Positions 31,689 to 42,309 of a stretch of DNA of 64,000 nt are shown here, one piece after another (position 1 is the stretch's first letter; every line of letters starts with the position of its first letter). The stretch covers positions 30,631-94,630 of the forward strand of contig CAWGNX010000001.1 of NCBI GenBank assembly GCA_963824065.1. The letters run 5' to 3'. The notes under the pieces were generated by a model that had not been told where the DNA came from, did not search any database, and worked only from the letters and a program-made list of their open reading frames with translations. A program made the position numbers and the translations under genes. This stretch comes from an uncultured Chloroflexia bacterium. GTDB taxonomy: Bacteria; Chloroflexota; Anaerolineae; Anaerolineales; DRKV01.

Positions 31689-32192
31689 GTGTACGAATTA
31701 CAATTCGATGGATTATTCCGACGCATTGGAGAAAATACCAAAACAGGTGTCATGGCCTACGGCTGGTTAATCTACAGGCGCGGGGTGATCGTTGCCCGCG
31801 GGTATGGGGTATTTGCTGGCAGAGCAGAGGCGACCTCCAACGTCGCCGAATATCTGGCCCTGATCGAAGGGTTGACCGCGTTACAGGACATGGGAGTTAA
31901 TGGGGAACCCATAATAATTAGCGGGGATTCGAAAATCGTTATTTCGCAAATGAACGGGCAGTCGGCGATCCATGCCGAACGCATGAAGGAACTGTACCAG
32001 GGAGCTACCAACCTCGCCAGTCACTTCGCACAATTACAGTTCGAATGGCGCAAACGATCGCAGAATAAAGCCGCCGATCTACTCACCCGGCACGCATTAA
32101 AACAAGCCAAGAAAAACCAAAGGCACTACAATGCCGTTGTGGAAAGCCTGGCAGCCTCGCGGGTTCTTACCGCAGCCGGCGGAGCACACTGA
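31689..32192 (+). CDS. Ribonuclease HI family (archaeal/actinobacterial type)
   Basis: FDG, SNVAEY, GDS and NKAAD supply an intact DEDD set; AAGGAG RBS. Confidence 0.85.
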   Translation: MYELQFDGLFRRIGENTKTGVMAYGWLIYRRGVIVARGYGVFAGRAEATSNVAEYLALIEGLTALQDMGVNGEPIIISGDSKIVISQMNGQSAIHAERMKELYQGATNLASHFAQLQFEWRKRSQNKAADLLTRHALKQAKKNQRHYNAVVESLAASRVLTAAGGAH

Positions 32193-32354
32193 TCGAAAGC
32201 TTCCAACCGCTGGTGGCGCTCTCTGTATTTAGGCCATCCGGGCTGGCGATGTAAATATTATGAACTTTGTTTGACAGAATCTAGCACAGCCAGGATCCTG
32301 CGGCAACTTATCCTGCGGACACTTTATCTACCGAATGAATGCTGACCGTGGCTG

Positions 32355-33735
32355 TCAGTACGTGATGACCCGCGGCAGGCCCTTGGCCTGCGATACCCAG
32401 TCTTCCACCTGAGCTGCGGTTGGCAACTTCCGCACCAACGCCTTTTCCGCATTGACCGCAGTCATTTTTTCGTACAAATTGGCCGGGTTGCGCTGCGCCA
32501 TCTCCACTACGGTATCCACTCCCGAGGCTTCCAGCAAGTCAGCATATTCCGATCCGACACCTTTGATGCGGTACAAGTCGATATGGTTGACCCATTTTAA
32601 AATCAGTGTGCCGGATATGCCAGAATTTATGGCAATTTCCTCCCTGCCCTTGCGGGATGCGCCCACTTTCAGGAGATCCAGGCAACTGGCAAGCCCGATC
32701 AACTTCAGCCGCTCCGCATATACCGGACCAATGCCCTCAACGTATTCCAACAAATAGTTAAACTTGGCCATCTCTTCAGGATCTGCGGGGGTAACGTTGC
32801 CCGTCAATCCCGCTTCGGAAATTCCCGCTCCAACGCTTTCGGTAGCTTGTACGGATTCACCTATACTGCTGGATGCAGGTTCGAGCACCTCTCCAACCGG
32901 CTCTTGCATGGCAATCCCGGCACCAATGATGGTATCGGTTGCACTTTCAGGAATACCGCCGGGCATTTGCGAGATACTCTCTCCTGAATCTTCTCCGGCT
33001 GGCAGGACCACAGCGGTGAGACCGGCAGCTCCTGCAACCGCCGCACCTGCGGCAGTACCAGATGCGCCCATTGGCCCTGCATCCTGGTCACGAATTTCCA
33101 CTGTTGGTGCTTGAGCTACGGCGCTCCCGGTCACCGGAATCGGAGTAGCCGCACTAACCCGGGCAACCTGCGACTGGCTTTCTTTGAGCTCACGTTCCAC
33201 ACTGCGCAGCCCAAAGGCAGCGACAAAAGCCAGGATGCCCCCAAAAATTAACAGCCCACCAAGCACCCACGGCAGGGTCAGCCCAGCAATCACCGGGCGA
33301 GCGATCAACAGAATGCCAAGCAGGATGCTAATGCTGCCCAGAATTCCCACCCCCCAGCCGCCGCCGCGGAATGCATCGACCAACTGCAGTATACCAATCA
33401 CAATGCCGATACCCCCCAAGACCAGTGCTAAGGTGACCGGGACCAGCAGCGTGCTCCACAAAGGATTTCTGGATAATCAGGAATCCCGCCAGGATCCCAA
33501 GAATACCGCTGAATAATTTCCAGCCCCAGGCCGACCGGTCCCAGATGAGGGAAATGATCGAAAAGATGCCGGTGATCAGCCAGTAGATGCCCAGGAACTG
33601 GATTAATATGATTGTCGTTGCAGCTGGTCTCAAGAACAGCAGGATGCCAATGATGATGGCGGCAATTCCTTCGATCAGCACGAGCCACCAGGGTACCATC
33701 GATTTCTTCGCTTCAACTGCACTTGCGTTTGCCAT
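32355..33735 (-). CDS. HdeD (DUF308)-like membrane domain fused to a DUF4332 HhH domain; frameshift near 33465
   Basis: WWLVLIEGIAAIIIGILL...GIYWLITGIF (HdeD-like), low-complexity linker, VEGIGPVYAE...RIKGVGSEYADLLEASGVDTV (DUF4332). Confidence 0.8.
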
Positions 33736-34104
33736 GATTCATCCTCCTGAATATTGAACTTTTGATCCTGCCCACATGCTGGCTGGTCCCGGACGCTTTT
33801 TCAGCATCCACAATGATGTTCGGGCTGAATCATGTTTCCAGACCAGTCTGCGATCATAGGAGCAGTTTAAATTAGCCTGCGAATTTGATTACCCTTCTTG
33901 TCTTGGCAGCATACAATTGACATTATAACAAGATGAGAGATTTCTTAAAGATTAATGATAGGCTGGCGGCTACCAAAGATTTTTTAAAATGAAACCTGCT
34001 GCACCGGGTTTGCAGAGGTGGGATAACTTTGGCGTGACCATTTCCATATCGTGCGCGAATGTCCCTGCAAACCTGAGGGGTGCGCAGCAAATTGGCAGAA
34101 ACAT

Positions 34105-34638
34105 TTACCCAGGTTTCCGGCTCACTGCCGCGTACATCTCCCCCAGGAAGCGACTCGGCTGGGTCGCAACCATCTCTGTATTCTGGAACCCGTTCAGACG
34201 CGCCAGCGTCTCCCAAGTACGGTATGAAAAGGGGTGCGGAACCCACAGGTTGCCGCGATCCACATTGTATTCCACAATCAAAAACCGGCCCCCTGGTCGT
34301 AGATAACCAAATACCAACTCCAAAGTATTGTCTTTTTGGCGCTGAAAATGGAGGGTGTTCGCCATCACGATGCCATCCAGGATAGGCAGCGCAAGCTGGC
34401 GAGTGTAGTCTGCTGTGAGATAAACAACTTTTTGGTTCGGAAAATTGGCGTGCATGGCATGCTGCTGATGTTCCAGCACCTGCCGATCTTTATCCACCGA
34501 ATAAATTTCTCCCTGGGGGCCAATACATTCCGCCAGCGCCAGGGTAAACGCACCTTCCCCAGAACCGAGATCCGCCCAGATGCCCCCGGTGTCAGGGATA
34601 CCGTTGCGCAGCAGCCGGACGTGGTCTTGATGATTCAT
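34105..34638 (-). CDS. Class I SAM-dependent methyltransferase
   Basis: ADLGSGEG and LRPGGRF motifs. Confidence 0.88.
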   Translation of the reverse strand: MNHQDHVRLLRNGIPDTGGIWADLGSGEGAFTLALAECIGPQGEIYSVDKDRQVLEHQQHAMHANFPNQKVVYLTADYTRQLALPILDGIVMANTLHFQRQKDNTLELVFGYLRPGGRFLIVEYNVDRGNLWVPHPFSYRTWETLARLNGFQNTEMVATQPSRFLGEMYAAVSRKPG

Positions 34639-35263
34639 TTGTATTTCACTTTTCCCGAGCTATACGATCGAGCTTCAAATAACGAATTTTCCGGGTATGG
34701 ACCAGATTGGATTTATTATGACGATTTGCTAAAACCATTTGCCTGACTACCGCAATGTTTTTCAAGATATGCTCAACAATCAGCGTGGAATATCGGCAAC
34801 CTTCCCGAGATTGCATTTTTATTCCGCTTCGCGCTTCCCTAATTTATGAGCGCTTGAATGATCGCCCTAGTAAAGCTGTTCCTTTTTCTCTGTCACTATT
34901 TCGCTTTATAAACTAAGACCACTTCTTTTGATAGTCATTATAAACACAATACGAAATGGCAGCTGAGTATGTATACTGCACGCGGCTGTGGATGAAACGC
35001 TAAATTGCCAAATCCCCTTAAACGGATTGGAAATAATCAATTTATTTATTATTTATATGATAAAATTACTCCAAATTACACATCGTGTTTCAGAATACCC
35101 GATCGGGTTGTCTGCCTCATATTTCGGACAGCCCGATCGGGTTTTTAGAAAAGCTTTGGTATGTCCATAAGTCGTGAGGAAGTTCTCTGGTTATAGGAAT
35201 ACCGTCGTGCCCCAATATGGCCGAACGAGGGACCCTGGGCCGTAAACCAATGGAGGTTTTAAA

Positions 35264-36247
35264 ATGAGCAATCAAAAAAATATCAAAGAAGAGCGAACTC
35301 CCACTCGTCGAGGTCGAAAATTGATGATGTGGCTGGGTGGAGTTTTGGCAGTTCTATTGATTTTGTTCCTGGCAGGGTGGATTTACGAGCCGATGGCGGA
35401 AGCCGCCGACGCGAAAGCCTATCCCCCTCCAGGGCAAATGGTGGATGTGGGCGGTTATCGCTTACATATCAACTGTACGGGAAAGGGCAGTCCCACCGTA
35501 GTAATCGAGGCCGGCTGGGGAGATTTGTCCGCCTCTTGGGGTTGGGTGCAGCCCGAAGTCGCCAAGACCACGCGGATATGCACCTACGATCGGGCCGGGA
35601 TGGGGTGGAGCGAGGCCAGTTCCCAGCCGCGGACTGCCCGGGAATTTACTAAAGAGCTGCATACCCTGCTGGCAAATGCGAATGAACCCGGTCCGTATGT
35701 GCTGGTGGGCCATTCGCTGGGTGGGTATACCATGCGCGTGTACGCTCATGATTATCCGGGGGAAGTTGCTGGGTTGGTGTTGATTGACCCGCAAAACCTG
35801 TCCACTTCGGATGCCGCCACTCCTAAGCCAGCTCCGAAACCAAGTGTAACATCCCTGCCGATGTTGATGGCACGCATTGGCGTGGTGCGCTTGCTGGCGG
35901 GCCCCTTCGATGCGATTCAAGACCTGCCGTTAGGTGATAAGCAAGCCTATACAGCTTACGCGGTGACCCCTCGTGTTGTCCAAACCTTCCTGAACGAAGG
36001 CATGGGAATGTCCGAAGGAGGGGCGCAGGCCAGGGCTGTGACCACGTTGGGCGCATTGCCCTTAATCGTTCTCTCGCGCGGCAAAGATCTGGATGCGGAC
36101 TCAGCCGCCTCGCAGGCACGCTACCTCCAGTTATCGACTGACAGCCAGCAGCTCTTTGCAGACCAAAGCGGTCACCGCATCATGATTGAACAACCCGAGG
36201 CTGTGGTCGCAGCTATCGTGCAAATGTTAGAGCAGCTCCGAAAGTAA
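35264..36247 (+). CDS. Alpha/beta hydrolase with N-terminal TM anchor
   Basis: YDRAGMGWS, GHSLGG and SGH motifs; GGAGG RBS. Confidence 0.92.
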   Translation: MSNQKNIKEERTPTRRGRKLMMWLGGVLAVLLILFLAGWIYEPMAEAADAKAYPPPGQMVDVGGYRLHINCTGKGSPTVVIEAGWGDLSASWGWVQPEVAKTTRICTYDRAGMGWSEASSQPRTAREFTKELHTLLANANEPGPYVLVGHSLGGYTMRVYAHDYPGEVAGLVLIDPQNLSTSDAATPKPAPKPSVTSLPMLMARIGVVRLLAGPFDAIQDLPLGDKQAYTAYAVTPRVVQTFLNEGMGMSEGGAQARAVTTLGALPLIVLSRGKDLDADSAASQARYLQLSTDSQQLFADQSGHRIMIEQPEAVVAAIVQMLEQLRK

Positions 36248-36903
36248 AGTGCTGAGACAAATTGCGGCACGCTGGATGATCAGGGAAGGAAGGAGCCGTG
36301 TTTATTCATCATCCCGTATATGACGATCCGGATTTTTTCCCGGGGCATCTATACCTCATCCACCGGGAAAAAACGTATTCCACTCAAATGGATCACTTGA
36401 CCACTCTTACAGAGAAAGAGTTGCACGATCCGCTTCTGGGCAAAATAGCATTGATCGACTGCTATTTTCAATAAGTCCGTAGCGCTAAATTAGCAAGTTG
36501 ATATGGGTAAAGGTCGTTCTATTACCTGACCAAACGAATGGTAAAATTAGAGTTAGGTTATCTCTTTGCGCAGAAATTTCATTCGCGCAGGATTCAGCGA
36601 ACCAGTGAATCGATCTTTAAAGATGTTTTTGATCAGCATGCGACCAGCAGCATAAATTGAAGCTGAATTCAATGACAAATTTTTTTTGAGGGAGTTCGCC
36701 TCGACCGCTCTATCCAAAGGACAAGAAGGTAACTCGCATACAAAATCCAGGCAATTCACCCAAAAAAGGAAAAGCAGAAATTCCCTGGCGAATTGATCAC
36801 GTAGTCGGCAGTTTTTGTCCACAAGCTTTAAAAACAAACTTTCCGCCAATTCCCCGGTATTCAATTTCGTCGGTTAAAATATAAAGAGGAAAGGAAACAT
36901 ATC

Positions 36904-37326
36904 ATGTACAGTTTTCCATTAGAGTACGCCCTTGTCGCATTCGAGGGCAACCAGTTCTCGGGGACAATCGTCCCAGAGCTCTTGGATCTGGTAGAGCGAG
37001 GCATCGTCCGCTTCGTGGATATCGTTTTTGTCCGGAAAGATGCAGACGGCAGCACGCGCACGGTCGAGCTGAACGATCTTGATGAAGAGGCTTACCAGAT
37101 GTTTGTCCCCCTGGGCGAACCTGTCGACAGTCTATTCAGTGAAGAGGACCTGGAACTGGCAGCGAGCAGGCTCCCCAACAACACTTCTGCGGCACTCTTC
37201 TTATGGGAGAACCTGTGGATGGAGAATATCCGCAAAGCGATCCTCGCTTCTGGGGGCAGGTTGGTCGAACGCGGACAGATTCCAGCCGAAGTCGTCGAGC
37301 AGGTTAGACGGGACTTCGCCGCGTAA
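36904..37326 (+). CDS. DUF6325/DUF1269-like protein
   Basis: PLEYALVAFEGNQFSGTIVPELLDLVERGIVRFVDIVFVRKDADG...WENLW; upstream of a SHOCT gene. Confidence 0.75.
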   Translation: MYSFPLEYALVAFEGNQFSGTIVPELLDLVERGIVRFVDIVFVRKDADGSTRTVELNDLDEEAYQMFVPLGEPVDSLFSEEDLELAASRLPNNTSAALFLWENLWMENIRKAILASGGRLVERGQIPAEVVEQVRRDFAA

Positions 37327-37399
37327 AAAAGATGTAACGCGACGGAGTACAAATCACGGACGAATTGGACAACCAGAAAAACAAACGGAGGATAGGATC

Positions 37400-37780
37400 A
37401 TGTCACCACGTATGATGAGAAGGATGCGCGGGCCGAGTTTGCTCGGCGCAGCAGCCACAACTGCAGTAGTAGTGGGTACAGCGGGTGCAGTCAGCGGCCA
37501 CCAACAGCAAAAAGCCGCGCAGCAGCAAGCCGCAGCTCAACAACAAGCAATGTCCCAGCAGCAAATGGCTGAGCTGCAGGCAAATCAGGACGCGCTGGCG
37601 CAGCAGCAGGCGATGCTTGCCCAACAACAAGCGACGCAGGCGCAGCCGCCAGCAGCCGCACCCGGTACAATGACGGATGCAAAGATCGCCCAGCTGCAGA
37701 AGCTAGGTGAGCTCAAAGCGGCAGGTGTTCTGACAGAAGAAGAGTTTGCAGCCCAGAAAGCGATCATCCTGGCAAGTTAA
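37400..37780 (+). CDS. SHOCT-domain protein with Gln/Ala-rich linker
   Basis: TAVVVGTAGAVSG N-terminus; C-terminal QLQKLGELKAAGVLTEEEFAAQKAIIL; GGAGG RBS. Confidence 0.85.
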   Translation: MSPRMMRRMRGPSLLGAAATTAVVVGTAGAVSGHQQQKAAQQQAAAQQQAMSQQQMAELQANQDALAQQQAMLAQQQATQAQPPAAAPGTMTDAKIAQLQKLGELKAAGVLTEEEFAAQKAIILAS

Positions 37781-37820
37781 CCCTTACCTGCATTTCTTAA
37801 TCACCTGAAACCAAATCCGG

Positions 37821-37858
37821 AGAATCATTTTTTGTTAGCTCAAAAAATGATTCTTTTT
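37821..37858 (+). terminator. Hairpin/terminator after the SHOCT gene
   Basis: AGAATCATTTTTTG-N6-CAAAAAATGATTCT followed by TTTT. Confidence 0.65.
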
Positions 37859-37902
37859 GATATGCGAAGTTGTCGCTAATCTGAATTTCACTTGGAGGCA
37901 AC

Positions 37903-38916
37903 ATGTCATCTGCAGCAGCCGAAGCTCCCACGACTAAACTTGGTTTCGATCCGAATTACCTGTCCGCGTTTGAGGAGAAGCTGTTCATTGAAGGGCCATC
38001 ATCCGCCAGACGCCTGACGAATTTTTTCGCGCTGCTCCTTTTTGCGACGATCATCGCTACCTACGGGGTTCTCTCCGAATCCACTGCAACGGTGATTGGG
38101 GCAATGATCGTGGCGCCATTGATGTTACCCATTATGGCAACTACCTCAGCAGTAGTTATGGGCTCCATGCCGCGTGCCGTGCGCGCCTTTGCACTCACGG
38201 TAGCAGGAATATTTACGGTTATCATCTTCTCTTACTTGCTAGCATGGGTTGTGCCGGACGTGACAATCTCATTTGAGAATAATGGGGAAATTGCGGCACG
38301 CATCAACCCTGGCATCTATGCCCTCCTAACCGCATTAGGCGCAGGCGCGGCCGGTGCATTTATTACTTCGCGTGCTGAAATTGCCGACTCGATGGGCGGT
38401 GTTGCAATTGCTATCTCCCTGGTCCCACCGTTATGTGTCGTTGGGGTTGCACTTCAGAAAGGGGATCAAGATGCCGCAGCAGGAGCTTTCTTGCTCTTTA
38501 TGACCAACTATCTGGCGATTTTATTCGCAGGCGGTTTGGTACTTATGGTCCTCGGTCTGGGAAAAACGGCAGCCACCCAAGAATCTGTTCAAATTCGGCG
38601 CCGCGGCTTTTTCCTGTTCACATTGGGCATCCTGATCGTGGCTATTCCCCTCTCGATATCGGGCTACCAAACTGTGCTTCACGCCAATGATAATCAAGAA
38701 GCCACCATTGAAGTTCAACAGTGGCTGGAAGGTACCTCCTACCATTTGGTCACGGTTAATGTTGGCAAACAAGCGACAATTACAACTATCGAAGGCAACG
38801 GTGACCTCAAGCCAATTCAAGAGCTGGCAGACCAACTTTCCAGGGCACTTGATCGCCCAGTTATCGTAAACGTGCGTACGTTACCCGCTCAAAGCAGCGC
38901 CTCAAGCAGTCCATAA
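37903..38916 (+). CDS. DUF389 membrane protein
   Basis: VIGAMIVAPLM and GVAIAISLVPPLCVVG motifs. Confidence 0.85.
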   Translation: MSSAAAEAPTTKLGFDPNYLSAFEEKLFIEGPSSARRLTNFFALLLFATIIATYGVLSESTATVIGAMIVAPLMLPIMATTSAVVMGSMPRAVRAFALTVAGIFTVIIFSYLLAWVVPDVTISFENNGEIAARINPGIYALLTALGAGAAGAFITSRAEIADSMGGVAIAISLVPPLCVVGVALQKGDQDAAAGAFLLFMTNYLAILFAGGLVLMVLGLGKTAATQESVQIRRRGFFLFTLGILIVAIPLSISGYQTVLHANDNQEATIEVQQWLEGTSYHLVTVNVGKQATITTIEGNGDLKPIQELADQLSRALDRPVIVNVRTLPAQSSASSSP

Positions 38917-39456
38917 ACACCCGTGAATCCATGGATAAGTCTGCGGTACAGTCTGAAGAACAGCATTTTTAATTGAGATTTATGCCTATGGGCACTGGCA
39001 CAACGAACGCTGTGGCTGGATAGTTTCAATAGCAGCGCCTGCTTCCGTGGCATGACTTTTGGCGACCGCAAGTCGATTTCTGTAAACAGGTTTGAAGACC
39101 ATCGTTAGCTGGCAAAGACATGAAGAACTTAATCACCGGGCTAACTTCCAGTGATTATTCTGCCACCCAATTCAGAACAGATCCGACTCATTCACCGTTA
39201 TGCATGGATCTTCCAGCGAGCAGGCGCTGATCATCGCGGTCAACCACATCAGAAAATCATTCACCCTGCGGGTGGGATGTTAGGCTGCGGGACTGAAGCT
39301 CCGAGCCTTGATGCTGCGCTTTTTCATCCTGCCGGCGGTCCAGGAGGCACGCGGAAATCTATGACACGTGTAAATCTCTTGGGAGTGAGGCTCAGGGAAA
39401 GACAGGCTCCGGATCGTCCTAAAAAGGGGAAAAGATCGGTCGGATGGCCGGACGCG

Positions 39457-40206
39457 CTACCCGGATCGCAGGTTCCGGGAGGTTTTCACCACGGCAGCCG
39501 TTCGACTGGCTCCAGCCGGTTTTAAGAAGCTGACCAGCACCCGGTAGACCAGCAAAAATAACAAACTACCGCCCGCAAACCAATACATCATCTGAGCCCA
39601 CAAGGTGCTGCTGTCGGTCCCGCTGCCGATACCATGCAGCAAGGCCATCAGGAAGGCACCAAAACTGGCAAGATGAATCCAGCGCCACGTTTTGTGCCCG
39701 ATCTGCTTGCGAACGTAAAAACTAAACGTGACCAAGATCCAGACATACAGACCCACCTGGCCAATGCCCACCCAAATCGGTTTAAAATTGGCGCTGGCAA
39801 AAGGGACCAGGACCTGGCTCAGCGAATAATTGATGTAGTTATCACCCAGCAAGATCAACCCGTGAAAAGCGGCAAAAGCAACCCCTAATAAACTGCTGAA
39901 CTCGTGCACTGCAAAAGCTGTTGGTCCACCAGGCCAAATTCGGGCCATCTTGTTGGTGATAGTCAAACCCAGCGCCATGGACAACCACAACAGCCCAAAT
40001 GCGGCAAGCGCGCTGCCCCGTGATAGGTACCAGAAGCCCTTCGCCTGCGTGCCGACAAATGAACTCACCAGACCGGGGCTTAAAAGCGGGAAGAACACCA
40101 GTGCTGCCAATCCGCCCAGGATGAGTGCCAAAACCAGGATAAGAATGGTTTCAATATGAATAGATGATTCCAATGATTCCGAAACGTTCAAATCGCCTGT
40201 TGACAT
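39457..40206 (-). CDS. Ferric reductase-like (MsrQ-like) heme b transmembrane protein
   Basis: WYLSRGS, VHEF, FHGL, WRWIHL and LHGIGSGTD provide conserved His ligands. Confidence 0.8.
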   Translation of the reverse strand: MSTGDLNVSESLESSIHIETILILVLALILGGLAALVFFPLLSPGLVSSFVGTQAKGFWYLSRGSALAAFGLLWLSMALGLTITNKMARIWPGGPTAFAVHEFSSLLGVAFAAFHGLILLGDNYINYSLSQVLVPFASANFKPIWVGIGQVGLYVWILVTFSFYVRKQIGHKTWRWIHLASFGAFLMALLHGIGSGTDSSTLWAQMMYWFAGGSLLFLLVYRVLVSFLKPAGASRTAAVVKTSRNLRSG

Positions 40207-41129
40207 AAATTACTCCACAAGTAAGTTGATACTTCCCGGCTGTACAGGCGGCTACCGTCTGCCATCACCAGTAGCCCTTCACAACCCGGCTGGTCATCGA
40301 GCCAACGCAATCCAGCCTGGCTGCCCAGGATTAAGGCAGTTTTGGCGGCAGCTTCAGCAGTGGATAAGCGTGGGGCGATGACTGTTACCGCCAGCACATC
40401 GGTGTCGGCCGGCAGCCCAGTACGCGGGTCGATGATATGGTGCTGCCATTTCCCATTCTGCTGCCAGCGGCGGTAATCCGTTCCGGAGGTGGCAATTCCG
40501 CTTCGCCCAACCAGCAGGATCTCCAATTCTGCGTCCGGCTGGCGAGGGTCTGCTACACCAACCGGCCAGAACTCGCCGTTCCTTTTCAGCCCGCTGACCG
40601 CGATATCCCCTCCGGCATCGACCAGGGCAGGGCCATATGGTTTCAGCCGGCTGACCGCCTGTTCAGCAGCCCACCCTTTGGCGATGCCGCCAAAGTCAAG
40701 ATGCATACCAGCCGGCAGCCGCAAGGTTAATGTTTCGGAATCTTCACTGACAGTTTGCAGAGAAATTATCGGAACTGGCAAATCAATTTGAGCAACTTCT
40801 CCGGCGCTAACCAACTGATCGAAGCTGCGGTTGTAACCACTCCGCACCAGTGCGTCCAGCACTACTGGAGTCACGAGCCCCTCGGTGAATTCAACTGCCT
40901 GGCGGGCTGCCTGGTAGACTTCCCACAACGTGCGGCTGACCTGCACTGATTCTCCAGCCGACTGGTTCAACCAGCTGAGCTCGCTGTCCGGTCGGAAGCG
41001 GCTGAGGCTCTGCTCCCATGCTTCAAACCAGGAAGGAACCTGCTCGAGGACTTCGGCGCCCCGGCGGGAGGTACTATCCAGGGTTGCCATCATCTGGCAG
41101 CCCATCGCGTGAAAATGGATCTCAACCAT
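40188..41129 (-). CDS. apbE: FAD:protein FMN transferase
   Basis: AMG, SRFRPDSEL, DFGGIAKG, ATSG and HHIIDPRTG motifs; no signal peptide. Confidence 0.93.
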   Translation of the reverse strand: MVEIHFHAMGCQMMATLDSTSRRGAEVLEQVPSWFEAWEQSLSRFRPDSELSWLNQSAGESVQVSRTLWEVYQAARQAVEFTEGLVTPVVLDALVRSGYNRSFDQLVSAGEVAQIDLPVPIISLQTVSEDSETLTLRLPAGMHLDFGGIAKGWAAEQAVSRLKPYGPALVDAGGDIAVSGLKRNGEFWPVGVADPRQPDAELEILLVGRSGIATSGTDYRRWQQNGKWQHHIIDPRTGLPADTDVLAVTVIAPRLSTAEAAAKTALILGSQAGLRWLDDQPGCEGLLVMADGSRLYSREVSTYLWSNLCQQAI

Positions 41130-41132
41130 TAT

Positions 41133-41513
41133 TTATCTCGATGAGCGTGTGCGGGTAATCGTGCGTGGCTGCACCTGAGATGGCTGAGGGCTGCTCAGGA
41201 GGAGCTTAAACTGCTGCTCTAGCTGGCTGATCACCGAATTGCTGGTCGAATTCTGCGCAAGCGGGTTGATGTCTGCACCCGTGCTGGCTTGCGGCACAAG
41301 GGTTGGCATGGGCAGCAAGATCAGCCGACCGTTCGGATCGACAGCAACTTGCGGGTCTGGTTCGGCCTGTGCAAGGGCTTGCTGACCTGCCTGATTGGAA
41401 AACAACGTCCAGAAGCCCAAAGTCATGGTCATTGCCACGGCAGTGATCGCCAGCTTGATTTTGCCCAGGTGCTGATTCGGTTTACGTGATGATTTGTGTT
41501 TGTTATTCATCAA
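41133..41513 (-). CDS. Small exported/membrane-anchored protein ending in TRTRSSR
   Basis: Basic N-terminus plus one TM helix, Pro/Gln/Ser-rich tail; tight operon spacing. Confidence 0.7.
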   Translation of the reverse strand: MMNNKHKSSRKPNQHLGKIKLAITAVAMTMTLGFWTLFSNQAGQQALAQAEPDPQVAVDPNGRLILLPMPTLVPQASTGADINPLAQNSTSNSVISQLEQQFKLLLSSPQPSQVQPRTITRTRSSR

Positions 41514-41544
41514 TGATCTCCAGAATGCAGACTATCTACATCAC

Positions 41545-42102
41545 CTAGTCGTCGTGCCCTGATTGGTTTTCTCGTTCATGCTCTTCATTCTCAAAGAAAC
41601 CACTTGAAGAGTTGATGTTTTGAGATCCGGCTGTGATCTGCTCGGCAGGAAGCACAGAGAGGACCTGCCCGTCCGGGCTGATAAATACCTGGTCCCCAGA
41701 ACTGAACGTCACAAGATAGGCGGGCTGATCATTCACGGCCGTGTTCTCAACCGAATATAAATCGGTGCGCCCAATATAAAGCGCGGCAATTTCAGCGGCC
41801 TGCTGGGGTGTCACAATCGTATTGGAGACACCCGACCCAACATTATTCTGCAGGGCATTTAGTTGTGCCTGAAGCTCTTCCTGAGACTGCTGGGCCTGCA
41901 GAAGGCGCTCGTTCGCCTTGGCGATCATTTCTCGATAAGCTGATTCTCGATCAGTCATGACCTGTGCAGCAGCCGGATCCTGGGTTGCCACAGTCTCAGC
42001 GGCCGCATTTACTCTACGCACCGTAGTGACTACTCCTGCAATCAGAATCAAGGTAAATAACGTCAGGGCTGCCGAAATCCATAACAAGGTTTTATGCTTC
42101 AT
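41545..42102 (-). CDS. Membrane-anchored coiled-coil + PepSY-like protein
   Basis: TM helix, coiled coil, VTPQQAAEIA...YLVTF...VFISPDGQVL, acidic/His tail; GGAGG RBS. Confidence 0.75.
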   Translation of the reverse strand: MKHKTLLWISAALTLFTLILIAGVVTTVRRVNAAAETVATQDPAAAQVMTDRESAYREMIAKANERLLQAQQSQEELQAQLNALQNNVGSGVSNTIVTPQQAAEIAALYIGRTDLYSVENTAVNDQPAYLVTFSSGDQVFISPDGQVLSVLPAEQITAGSQNINSSSGFFENEEHERENQSGHDD

Positions 42103-42199
42103 GTTTCCTCCTGATGTCTCCGCCGGCTGACTACCGGCAGATATCTGTCTTCAAAGGCTGACCGCTCATTGAAGACAGTCTCAAGCATAGCGGAGGCAC

Positions 42200-42248
42200 A
42201 TTGGGATTTCCTTGAATTCTTGGAGCAGTTTTCCAATGTTTTTCCAAT
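42200..42248. promoter_or_regulatory. Candidate OmpR-type direct-repeat boxes in a divergent promoter
   Basis: TTTTCCAAT at 42229 and 42240 (11-bp period); related TTCAAG/CCCAAT pair with 11-bp period on the minus strand. Confidence 0.5.
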
Positions 42249-42309
42249 CTTTCTGCGTTAGACTCAATTAAGGAAGGAAAATTACCTTGTGGTTGGGGTG
42301 GTTCGCAAT

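Noticed and set aside
33820-33885. c-di-AMP (ydaO) riboswitch-like GCTGAATC
   Set aside because: The remaining conserved elements are absent and the strand is opposite to the adjacent gene.
37490-37660. CAG/GCA-rich repeat
   Set aside because: Explained by the Gln/Ala-rich linker of the SHOCT protein; not CRISPR or a contingency locus.
38917-39456. Possible gene or transposase remnant after DUF389
   Set aside because: The frames I translated are interrupted or lack recognisable motifs; nothing can be assigned without a search.
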